64,000 nt of DNA, from the NCBI RefSeq assembly GCF_018350175.1, contig NC_058368.1:195922001-195986000 (forward strand), read 5' to 3'. This document shows, piece after piece, positions 49,820 to 61,200 of the stretch. A program made the translations under genes and the position numbers. Origin of the DNA: Felis catus. Its lineage: Eukaryota. The notes beneath the pieces were generated by a model, which made no database searches, had not been told where the DNA came from, and saw only the letters and a list, made by a program, of their open reading frames with translations. How positions within the stretch are numbered: position 1 is the first letter of the stretch; each line of letters opens with the position of its first letter.

Positions 49820-52435
49820 CTGGGGAGAGAGCAGAGAGGGCGGGGGCAGGCGTTAGTGTTGGGGTCCTCTAGACCGGGGTTTCGGGAGGGACCGAGTCTG
49901 GGTTGTCCACTGCACAGAGTCGGGAAGCCAGGCCCCCAAGTCAGGGGAATAGGGCCTGCAGTAAAACGCAGGGGTCCCGGCTCTCAGCCCATGCTGCCTG
50001 TCCCTGCGCTCAACTGGGAGGCAGGTGAGCGGTGGTGAAGAACGCTCGCTCTGGAGACAGACCCCTTTACTTACTACTGAATGAACTTGGGCAAGTTATT
50101 TCAGCCGCGGAAGCAACTGGAAGCCTTCGGGCTTCGGTTTCCTCCTCTGTAAAATGGGGGTATAATACCAGCACTAGACTTAGGGGGTTGTTGTGAGGGT
50201 TACATGAGATAACTCGTGTAAAAGAATGTTTCATGTATTGGAAGATGCCCTGGAGGAGAGGAAGGGCTCAGGAGGTGTTAGTTACCGGAAAGAAATACTG
50301 GAAGGATACACCGGAAACTCACCAAAGTGAGTTAGGAAATGGGGCCACCGGCGTGGGGTACACAGCCACGGGGGTGGGAGTAAAGCTCTAGCGTATTACT
50401 TTCTATGTAAGATTAGGTTTCTGAAACATATGGTTGTATTATCTATCTTAAAATGGTAAGACAAAAATACTGATCATTATTATTAAGGGCCTAGGGAAAG
50501 ACCCTCTTAGTCCCAACCCCCTTGCCAGGTTGCCATGGTCACCTCCGAAGTTTTCCCTGGATGCCCCGAGCAGGGAGGAAGTTCCCAGTGACAGATGGGG
50601 ACACCAAAGGGAGTTGGCTCATTCTGCCCTAGACGGCACACTCCCCTGACTGGACTTCTTGTCAGCATGGGGCAGGGAGTGTGGATTTGGTGGGGCCGAG
50701 TTGGTGAACATCTCTGAGGTGATAAAGCACGGCTCTGCTGTATACTACTGTACCTGTTTCCTACCTATTTAAGGACCTTCCAGCCTACAAGTTTCAGTCT
50801 CATCCTGTATCTCTCCTTGGATCCTCACAACATACTGATGAGGTGGCTGGCATTATCACACCCATTGTACAAGGATGAAGATGAAAGTCAGAGGTGTAAA
50901 AAACCTGCTGTGTTCTGTCCCACCAGGAAATGTGTGGGGGTGACCACCTCCCATCCAAAGGCTACACCATGCTTAAGCGGTCGGAAGCACTGGTTTGGAC
51001 TGGTTTCGGAATTCATGCCCAGCTTGTATCTGCTAAATCATCCAACTCTTCGATCAGATTGCAGCAGTAGACCAGTCCACTCAGCCTTCAATCCAACCCA
51101 GATTCACCAGCAGTCATTCCTCAGAGTCCAGACTTAGCCAGTCCATTCAGTGTCTTCTACTCAATCAAAATCCAGACTCATTCAAAAGATCCAGTCTTTC
51201 ACCCAATCAGTAACCAGCCACAGCCAAGCCAGTCAGCCTCTCATCCAATCAGAATCCGATTTCTCCCAATCAAAAGGAAGTAATAAACTATGTTTTCTCC
51301 ATCCAATGCAGCAGCTACTAGATGGGCTGACTCAGAAGGGGGTCCCTTAAACCTAAAGAAAAATGTTGTACAGCCGTCCCAATAGGAGATTTTTCATGGG
51401 ATAGTAATGCTGGAGGGGCCCTTAGGGACCTCCTGGGGACATCCAAGACCCCAATCATCAACTTGGAAAGTTAAAGCTCAGCGTGGGATCCACCCCTTTC
51501 ACTCCCAGGGTCAGAGTTGGGTATATGTGAGCCAGAGACCCTGGGAGCTGTTCTGGCTGTGACATATCCCAGGAAGCTTTCAGTCAGCCCAGCTGTGGGA
51601 AGTGGGGCCAGGAGTTCATGATCCCAGCCCATCAACAAGCATCCAGGGCTCTGCAGCCAGGAGAAAGGCGGGCTAGGGCAGGTAGACTTATCATACCTGT
51701 CTGAAATCTCTAAGGGTTATGTCTGCCTTTGGTGGCCACAAGGGGAAGGCTTGGGCCAGCAAGTGGCCCTAGCCTGACTTCCCGAGCCTGGGTTGGAATG
51801 TGGGGCAGTGGTAAGCAGCTCCTCACCATTTGGAAGAAGGCCAGAGCCTGACCTCATCGGAACTGCCATGTCTGGGTACTGACTCTCTGTGCGGGGGGCG
51901 GAGGGGGGAGGTGGGGTGCACAATACAAAAAAGCTGTGAGAAATCAGGACTGTTCACTTTCTGACAAAGCTCTCAATGCATTACATAAGCCAGAACTCCC
52001 TGGAAATGCACATGGGTGAAGATTCAGAAAGAAGCGCCCACTTAACCCAGCCCCAGCCCCAGCCCCATCGCAGGGCATGTGTGTGGGGTGAAGGCTTGAA
52101 CAGAGTCGTCAGACAGGAACCATCAGAGACCAAGCAGAGCTAGCTCCCCGATTGCCTTCTGCAATCCTTTCATTGGACGCAAGGCAGACTAAGGCCCAGC
52201 CAGAGGTGGGAGGGGTCGTCTAAGGTCACACAAGGAGTCAGGTATAGATCTGGGACTACAACCCACTTCCGACTCTTGATGGCAGTTTGCTCCTCTCCAC
52301 CAGGGGCAGAAACTCTGTTTTCAGGAGCTAACAAATATGGGACATTGCCAGATTAGATAACAGGGAGAGGAGGAGGGGGACTGAGGGAACCAGAAAGTAT
52401 ATGCTCTGGCTCAAGGCATTCAAATCCCACTTTTA

Positions 52436-52649
52436 GGGGCTCCTGGGTGGCTCAGTTGGTTAAGTGTCTGACTTCACCTCAGGTCATGATCTCGCAGTTC
52501 ATGAATTCAAGCCCCGCATCGGGCCCTGGGCTGACAGCTCAGAGCCTGGAGCCTGCTTTGGATTCTGTCTCCCTTGCTCTCTGCCCCTCCCCCGCTCAGG
52601 CTATCTCTCTCTCTCTCTCTCTCAAAAATCAATGAACATTAAAAAAAAA
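52436..52649 (+). mobile_element. Can-SINE in SYNPO last intron
   Basis: Full consensus. Confidence 0.9.
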
Positions 52650-55044
52650 TTTTTTTTTAATTCCACTTTTAAGGAACTCAAACAAACATGGACTGTAAGG
52701 GGCTGTGAGTCTTCCCTATGCTCCACAGCCTTTTTGGCCAAACTCTGAAGGAAGGAGAAAACAGAAGAATGTGATTTCCACAGGACTATGGTTCCCTAAG
52801 TGCTGACCCAGGGACGAGAGAGAGGCAGCCCTTGCCTCCAAGCCGGCACACATCTATACACACGGCAGATCCAGACACGCAGCGGATTCAAACAGAACTC
52901 GGAGACACACCACACGGTAACTGGGTCGTCCCACCCCACCTCCCAAGCCAGAATCGGGAAGGAGAGAGTCCTGACCACCAGCCAGGGAGTGCGGAAGAAA
53001 GAAAGAAGCAAGACAGATTTGAGGCCGAGTGTATTGAGAACAGGAGAGAAAACAAAGTTGGGGGAAGAGCTCGGCCAGCCTGGCCGCAGGAGCTGCAGGA
53101 TGGAGGGTGGCCTCTTCCACTGCTGGCCCTGGGTGGGGGGGGGGGGGGTAGAAGGGAGCAGGGGTCCAGGGTAGGGGCTTCGCTCTGTCCTGGGAGGGGC
53201 CCGGCACGAAGAAGCTGAGCTCACTTACGACTCCCCCACGCATGCCCCCAAAGTTCTGGGCAGAATGAACTCACTAGGAAGGCACCCCCTGTTCCCATGG
53301 AGACGAGCCCAGAGCTCACGAAAACTGCAGGCTCAGCCCAGCATGGGCACCGCCTCCACCACCCCTCACCCCGCTGGGGAGCCCAGAAATAGGGCTGGGG
53401 AAGAGAAAGTGGGTGGTGCTCGGCCCCCAGCCTTGGGAAGCTTCCACCCGAATTCTGCCTCTTGCGTCTGTATTCTCTCCCTGCCCACAAAGCCTGGTTT
53501 GGGGGCTGCCTCACATCAAAGGTGTCAGAGGTGGTGAGCATCTCACACTACCTGACTCAGCACCCTCACGATACGGGGAAACTGAGACCCAAAGATACAC
53601 ACGGAATTAATCTGGTAGAATCCAGATCTCTTAAGTGCCGGCCCTGTCCTCAAAGCCTTAAGGTCTCCTCCTCTGTCCCACTGAGCTGCTAGGCCCCTGC
53701 CCAAGCCCCTGCCATGCTTCTACTGTCTCTAGGCCACCCTGAGCCTGTGCCGTCCCAGCCGAGGCTTCTGATCCCCTGGCTTCCTGAAGCAGTTCGTTCC
53801 AGCCACGCCCTCCCCAGGACGCCCTTACAGACCTCTCATCTCCAACGGTTCTATGGCAACAGCCCATTCCCTCCCCTTCTCTTTCCAGGGGACTGTCTTA
53901 TCACTTACAAGGCCTTTCTCTCGAAGCACCAGCCTATATCCTCAATCCTCGAAGACTGTCACAGCTGGAAGGGCCCTGACTATATAAATAAGAAAACTGA
54001 GGCCCAGAAAGGGAAAGTGACTTGGCTAGACTCACATAGTGAAGGGGAGGCTGAGATGGGACCAGACCCTCCTCTCCAGCCTCTCTCCCGGGGGCCCCTT
54101 CCACTGCGCGGAGATAGCTGCTTTTAACTGGGCAGCTCTCGGCTGAGGTTGAAGCCAAACTAGCCAATGGATACATTGCCCAGGCGGGGAGCGGGGTGGG
54201 GTGGGGGGCTCTCTCACTGCACACTCACATCTGCACATCCTTCTACAGGGTTCCCCTTCTCTCAGGGATCCCCCGGGACTTTGCACGCCCTAGCACACTG
54301 AGGGCCAGCCAGATGGGGTCTGGGATGAACTGCTCTAGCTATCCCCAAAGTGGAGCCAGGTGTTTGGAGAGGGCACGGAGGCGGGTTGAGCAGAGGGGCA
54401 GGAAGAAAAGCATCAGACAGCAGTGGCAGGCTAAGTCCTCGTCCAGCAGAAGAACCCACGAGAGGAGAAAACGTGGCAGCCGAGGCAAAGCTCTCTGAAG
54501 CGGCGGAGAGGAATCGGTGTCCAGAAGGCAGAGATGGAAGAGAGACCTGTGCAGGTTAGAAGCCAGCGACAGGCAGAAAGACGCCGGGAGCTGGGGCAGC
54601 TGAGGAGGCAGACCCTTGGCTGGCTGGTTGCACAGAGGCACTGGCAGGCTGTTTGCTCCAGAAGCCCGTGTTAGGGTCCCCTTCTAGGCCATTCCCCAGC
54701 AAGACGCTGGCATCCCTAAGGCTCACAAAGGCCAGAGGAAGCCCCCCAGCCTCATTTCGGCCTGCCAAGGGAGTTCTCTCTCCGTGACCCTCCCTGCTAT
54801 CCGGTATCGGACTGCAGATCCTTCAGACTTGGAGTCTCATGACCCTTGTGGCAGGGAAGGAGCAGCTGCAGCCCAGAGAGGGCTTGCCCAAAGTCACAAA
54901 GCTAGCTGGTGGCAGCATCAGCCTTTGAGCCCTGGGTCCCCATACTCCTGACCCTCAGCTCTATGCCACTTCCAGCCACATCTGCTCTCCATCCAGCCCT
55001 CGGAGAGGGGACCCTGCCAGGCAGTGGGATCCCTGCAGGGTCCG

Positions 55045-57437
55045 TTACTTGAAGCAGAAGGAAGGCTTCCACACCTGAGCCTCGATCCCAGCATTCCGGG
55101 TAGAGAAGGAGGGCCTGGGGGCCTGCTTGGCTCGGGGAGACCACGCCCTGGAGGGCGACACAGGGGAGATATCACTGCCGTAGGTAGGGCTCACGGCCGT
55201 GGGCTGGAGGCCATCCTGGCCGGGGGAGGTGTAGAGGCCCGGTGAGGAGCGGGAGGGCCGAGGCAGGGCCGGGGATGCCGGGAGAGCGGCCTTGGGCAGG
55301 CTGGGCACCAGGTCCAGGGAGCTCGGCTTGGCGGGCGAGGCGGCTCTCGGAGAGACCTTGACGGGCTCCTTGATGGGTGAGAGGACGAAGAGAGACTGCC
55401 GCATCTGGTAGGCCGGCTGCTTGGTGGGCTCGGGGCGCAGGACCCCATTCTCGGGCAGGTAGCCGTGGTAGAGGGAGGCAGGCGGGGTGCGAGCTGGGCT
55501 CCGGGATGCCACCCGGAAGCCACCAGGAGCATTGGTGGAATATTTCCAGGACGAAGGCAGGGACATGGTGGGTGAAGGGCAGCGGGCCAGTTCGGTGTGG
55601 CCGGAGGACTCGATGACATACTTCTCCATCCGGGACTGGCGGCGGGCGTAGAGCTCGGCCCCTTTCCCAGAGGCCTCGGACAGGTTCTGGTTGGGTTTGG
55701 GCTTCGGCTTGGCCTGGACGCGTGGGGACTTGAGGCACGAGGCCCACTCCGGGAGGACTTCCTCGGCTGCCCCGGGGCTGACCCTGTCCCGGGGTGCGGG
55801 CTCCTGCTGGAAGTTGGAGGCCTCGGCCCCCAGGGCAAAGGGCTCCTCCTCCACGCCCGCCTCCCCCTGGTCCCTCTGCCTCCGCTTCTCATCGGCCGTC
55901 TGTACCAGATCCAGCAGGTCTGGGTTCGGGGTCACCTTGGGCTTCTCTACGAAGGTGAACATGGATTTCCGGCTGCCCCTGCGGGCCATGGACTCCTCCA
56001 AAATGCCCGTCTTGCTGGCCGGAGCTGCCTGGCCCTTCAGGTGAGAAGGCTTGGGGTCAGAGCTGGGGTAGAGGGCAGAGTAGGATGGGGGAGACCTGCC
56101 CCGGGAAGCCAGGGGAGCCGTGGACAAGGTTTCAGCGTAGGTGGGGGGTGGGGTGAAGTTCCCCAAGGGGCGTCTCTCCAAGGCAGGGCTGCGCTGTGCC
56201 ACGGGCCTCCTCTCCACCATGGGGCTGTGGGACATCACATGTCTCTGTGGCCGAGGGCTCCTGTCTACCACGCTTGGGGGCTGGGGAGCCCGGGCCTTCT
56301 CCCCGAGATGTCGTCTCTCTACCATGGGGCTCCGTTCCACCTGGCCGGTGCTCCCTGGAGCCTGGATCCCGAAGGGCCTGGCGGTCCTGTTGACCACTGA
56401 TGGGGGCTTGGCCAGTGTGAAGTGGACCTCACTGTATAGCTTGGTGGGCGTGGGCGTGGCTGCCCATCCAGACGGCTCAGGTTCCGCTGACACCGCTGGG
56501 ACGCCCGGCTGCACATCGATGAGCAGGCAGCTGGACGCGAAATCTGGGGCTGGGATCCCAGAGCTGGAGATGGGAGTAGTTTCTCTGGAGAAGGTGTTGG
56601 TGCTGGTAGGTGGAGCTGACACCTTATCGATGAGGAGGGTGCTGGATTTGACCTCTGCAGCCGGCTCGGGGGGCTGCCCGCTGGCACACGGGGTGCTGGG
56701 TTTGGAATCTGACACCGTGCCATTGGGAGGGGGCTGGCTTTCTGAGGGCTGCTGGCTCTGCGGGGCGACAGTGGCCGGGGGGTTCTGGTTGACGTCTGCG
56801 TGGTCTGCGTCTGGCAGGCTGTGGTTGCTGTTAGAGGCTGGCGTGATAAGGGTGGTGCTGAGTGAGGAAACGTTTTGGTTGACGTCTACAGCTGGGCTGT
56901 GGGCCTCAGCCGCGGGCGGGCTTGGCGGGGTCTGCTGGGTTTCTCGGTTCTGGGACAGGTGCAGTCCATTGGCTGTCAGCAGGGCCGCGTTCTCCTTCAA
57001 GTAAACCACCAGCGGCACCTCCTCCTCCTCGCTGGCCACCTTCTCCAGGTGCCGCAGCAAGCTGGCTTTCTCTGAGCACCCCTCCATGCTGTGAGCGGGG
57101 ACCCCTGTGTCAGGGCTCTGGCGATCGCTGTTCCTTGGAGGGCCTGGCTCAGGGGGTGAGGTGGGACTCAGGCCGAGCCCCGAGGCGTAGCCCGCAGGGC
57201 CGGCAGGGGGCACTCTGAGGGACTCCTGGCTGGGCTTCCGTTCCCGTTCCCGTTCCCGTTCCCTCGGGCCGGGGTTCTCCAAGGTGAACTGGTTCACCCT
57301 CTGCCGACGCCTGTTGAAGAGCTGGACGCCTCGGGAGTTGGAGCTGGGCGGGGTGGTCAGCTGTGCCGCGATCTGCTGGCTCCGGGCCTTGGCCTCTTTC
57401 AGATCTTTCTCAGTGAGGCTGGTGCTGTGGGCCAAAG
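55045..57437 (-). CDS. SYNPO: SYNPO (synaptopodin) large exon. ATG of short/long isoforms at 57087; short isoform reads to TAA at 55045 (680 aa); internal donor after 55075 gives the long isoform (905 aa)
   Basis: Acceptor TCCCTCTCAACAG|CT at 57437. [50 protein letters not shown]-ligand motifs, …[17 protein letters not shown]. Confidence 0.96.
57236..57264 (-). repeat. (CGGGAA)n hexamer repeat encoding (RE)4R
   Basis: TTCCG(TTCCCG)3TTCCCT on + strand. Confidence 0.9.
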
Positions 57438-57779
57438 CTGTTGAGAGGGACAGAGGTCCAGTTAGCAAATGGGAATGCAGAACCACGGGAGCAGAGACAG
57501 ACAGACAGATGTCCACCATACCCCTCCTACAGATGCTCTTTTCCTCTGGGATTTGCTCTTTACTCACTAGTCCCTGGAATCCCCTCTCCTCAGAAAGATC
57601 CCTGACCCAACAACCATCATGGCCCAACTCAAAGGCCACCTACCTGTGGGAAAACCTCCCCTGACTACCCTTTCAGGGTGAACCGGCCCCTTATTTGGCT
57701 TCTCCCTGAAGGTTATTGATACTGTACTTTATTGAATTCTGCAAGAACACCTCACCCTAGCAGGAGAGGCCACACTACA

Positions 57780-58242
57780 TCCCTGACCCATTCTCTACCA
57801 CCCTCTCCACTCACTGGGCTCGGCCCTGCTGGCATTCTTTCAATTCCTTGAAATGCCAAGGTTGTTCCTGCCCCGGGACCTTTGCACTTGCTCTTTTCTC
57901 TGCTTGGAATGATCTTATCCCAGATGGAATACCATGTCGGTTCCTTCTTGCCATACAGGACTCACCTGAATGTTCCCTCTCTGGAGGGGTTTTCCTCTCT
58001 AATCAACTCTCCCCTCCCCCATCCTATCCCTTTGTCTCATTTCCTTCATGGCATTCACCATCATTTGCGATTATCTTCTTTACACATTTCCTGGTTTATC
58101 ATCAGTCTCCCCACCTAGAACATCGGCTCTCAGGGGACTATGTATGACCTTGCTTGACCTGGCCATCATTCTATCCCTGGCCCCTACAATAGTGCCTGGC
58201 ATAAAGCGGGCACTCGGTAGGTATTACTGAATGCATGAATGA
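57780..58242 (+). mobile_element. LINE2 3' fragment in SYNPO intron
   Basis: GGGACCTTTGCACTTGCTCTTTTCTCTGCTTGGAATG…AGTGCCTGGCATA…TGAATGCATGAATGA. Confidence 0.7.
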
Positions 58243-61200
58243 CCCCCCAGGACATTTTCTATGTGCCTGTCTTCGGGGCCTTTACACTTTCATGGCATAG
58301 TCATTTGCTAACACTAACACTTCCTCTTTTTAGAATAGGTAATACACTCACATGGGCTGAAAACTGAGAAAAACAAAAAAGCGTGCGGTAAAAAAATGTC
58401 CCTCCACCCCCGAGCATCCACACCACAAATCAGGTAACCACGGTTACTAGTTTCTTCTTATAGAGTTTCTTCCCATGTGTCTTCCCATAATCATCTTAAA
58501 GTTCTCATATTTTAATATCATAAAAGTAATACATTGGGCTAATTTCAGCAGCAACCGTACTGGAACGTTGCATTAGTCTATTCTGTCCTCATAAGAACAC
58601 TAGGAGACCAACATTACTTGCCCCTGTTTTACGGAAGTGGAAAATGAGGTCCAGAGGCTGTGTACGTAACTCACGCACAGTCACACAGCAGAGTGGCCAA
58701 GCGAAAGTCAGCACCGGTTCCCTCTGGGCTCACAACCCATGCTCAAGATGCCTGCTCGTCCCCAAAGTTCCCTTTGGCACCTTGTAGGGTGCCGCTACAG
58801 GAGACAGAGTCAGTGGGGGACAGGTTCAGTCTAGGATTGGAGTCTGGGGCCCGAGGTCGGTGATCAGGCTGGGGGTCAAACCCTGTTAATCTGTAAGTTC
58901 ATTGTAGGCAACCATTTCTCTTCCAATCCCCAGAGCCCAGGTGGCACACCGTTGGTGCTCAATTTATGCTTATTGAACAAAGAATGAACAGATGGACCAA
59001 TGGGAAGATGGATGAGATAGCCTGTGGCCAAGGTTACCAGCTCAGTCAGTGGCTGGGAAAATTCCTCCCTCCCTCATCCTCCCCCAGCCCTCCCTACTGT
59101 GGGAAGCTAATTAGTTCTTGAGGAATCTGACCCTGCCCTCCCTCCTACCATGCCCTCATTAGCACTGGCCATGACATGCTGAATGGGTCTCCAGGGACAG
59201 TCTTTCTAGGCATCCTGCCAGCGAGGCTCAGAATTCACGGACTCCCAGAGCCGCAGGGGCCCTTCCAGAGGAGCTATTTGACCACCACCCCCATTGTAGA
59301 GGTGAGGAAACTGAGGTCCAGAGAGTGACGGCACAGAGTAGAGCTCACACTAGGGTCAACAAAGACGTCCACGTGGAGTAGCATAGCCGAAGAGGTTCTC
59401 TGGCCCCAACCTCCTCCTTCCCACCTCCCATCAGGATCTGGATCCCACCCACACACACCCGTGCCCACCGGTCCAGAACAACCTGCCCCATGTGTCCCTG
59501 ATGCTTGCCCCCTTCTGGTAGGGCTCCTCTCCTGCCTGGATCACCCCATCCATGAAAGATGAGGGATTTGCAGGTTGGGCCAGGCCGCTGCCGTGGGTGC
59601 GGGGGGTCGTAGGTAGGGGCGAGTCAGCCACGCAGCAGGGCCTTGAGAGGTTTCGTGGCTCACGCAATGTTCGTCTCCTCTGCCCTGCTTAGCAACCAGG
59701 ACTCCTGGCCCAAGTCCGGGCTCTGCCATTTGTTACTTGTGAGACCTTGGCAAGTTACCACACCTCTCGGAGCCCGCTTCCTTGACTGAGAAGAAGTGAT
59801 AAGAGCACTGACGTTAGGGCCGGGAGGCTGCAATGAGGTCACGAATGCCAGCACTGCCCGCTGCCATCAGGCCCAGTGGACAGGGCAAGAGGGCTCATGC
59901 TCCCTGGAAGAAACTGCTCGTTGGTGACCCTTCTCTACTCCCTGGAGGGGTCAGAGCTTTTTCTAGCAAAGGAGACTCACTCCACAGATCGGGATCCTGA
60001 GAGGGAATGTGACTCTCTCAAGGTCACACAGCAGGGCATTCCAGAGTTATGGAGAGGGAGGGATTATTGTCCCAAATCACGGGACCTTGGAATCTCAAAG
60101 ATGGCGGTCACTAGGTCCAACTGCCCACATAATTCCTGTGTCCCCAAAACCATGCCCCTGAGTTACAAGTCTCTGTTTACATACTCAACCGACAAGGAGC
60201 TCACTACCCTAAAGAGGTGCCTTCTACTCATTAGTGCTCCTTACATTAGCTCCCGACCTCTGGACACGGTTCTGTCCCCTACTGCCACAGATTTTTCTTT
60301 CCAACCTGACTGTCCTGCAGAGTCACAGATACAAATCATATCCCCCTGGGGTATGGTCAGGATAAACACCTGTGTAGCCCCAACACTGTTTCTTCCGCCA
60401 CAATTGCTAATGTTGATTCTACATATTATTTAATTTCCACAACAACGCTATGGAAGCGCGAACTATTATTGTCCGCCTTTTAGTGATGAGAAAACCAGGG
60501 CTCAGAGAGGGAAAGTGAGTTGCCCAAGGTCACAAAGCCAGAAAGTAGTGGAGCTGGTTCACCCCCTGCTCTGCAAGACTCCAGACAGCACCAGGCTTTC
60601 TGGCTAACGGGTTCCCACAGTGTGAGGCTCACGGAAAGTGCTTCATTGTTTGAATAATCCAGACCTCCCAATGTCCCTGCACTTTCCTGTTTTTCTTTTT
60701 ACTTCTCTGCTTCCATCCTATCCCCAGACTGGTTCTAAAGGCCACCATGGGTTTAGAAAATGCTCAAATGTGAGAGCACGAAGGGCCCTTGGGGATAAGC
60801 TGGCCTGGGAGGCTTCTCGAGAGGCTTCGAGAAGAGTGGGCCTCGGGCCAGGACCTGGTCTGCTGACCCCCGGGCTGGGCTTGGAACCTCCCCCGCCCCG
60901 CGCTGCTGTTCTGGAACAAGAGGAGGGCAGCAGAAAAGGCCAAGGGGTGAGAGAGTCCAGCCTCCAAGGAAGCTCCCGTACCCCCACCCCCAGCCCGCAG
61001 TGACTCCACAGAAAAGGAATCCGGCAGGAGGCTTGGGCAAGACCCTGCCAGCAATCCAGATGATTTCTGCCACCCTGCGCAAACCACGCTGAGAGAAGGG
61101 GGCTGGGCCAACCCCAGAGTCCCCCACTTGCAGGGCGCCAGGGAAGGCAGGTCCATGCAACATTCCCCAGACGCAGGAATTGTTGCCCCCGGCCAAGCCC

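Noticed and set aside
49028..50038. 336-aa and 216-aa plus-strand ORFs (poly-Arg, poly-Gly)
   Set aside because: Antisense shadows of the GC-rich SYNPO last exon and its CCG repeat, with non-ATG or unsupported starts.
55597..57004. Long plus-strand ORFs (267 and 287 aa)
   Set aside because: Antisense shadows of the SYNPO coding exon.
57438..57639. N-terminal 67 aa of the 864-aa ORF
   Set aside because: Intronic: lies upstream of a clear polypyrimidine/AG acceptor at 57438, and synaptopodin similarity starts after it.
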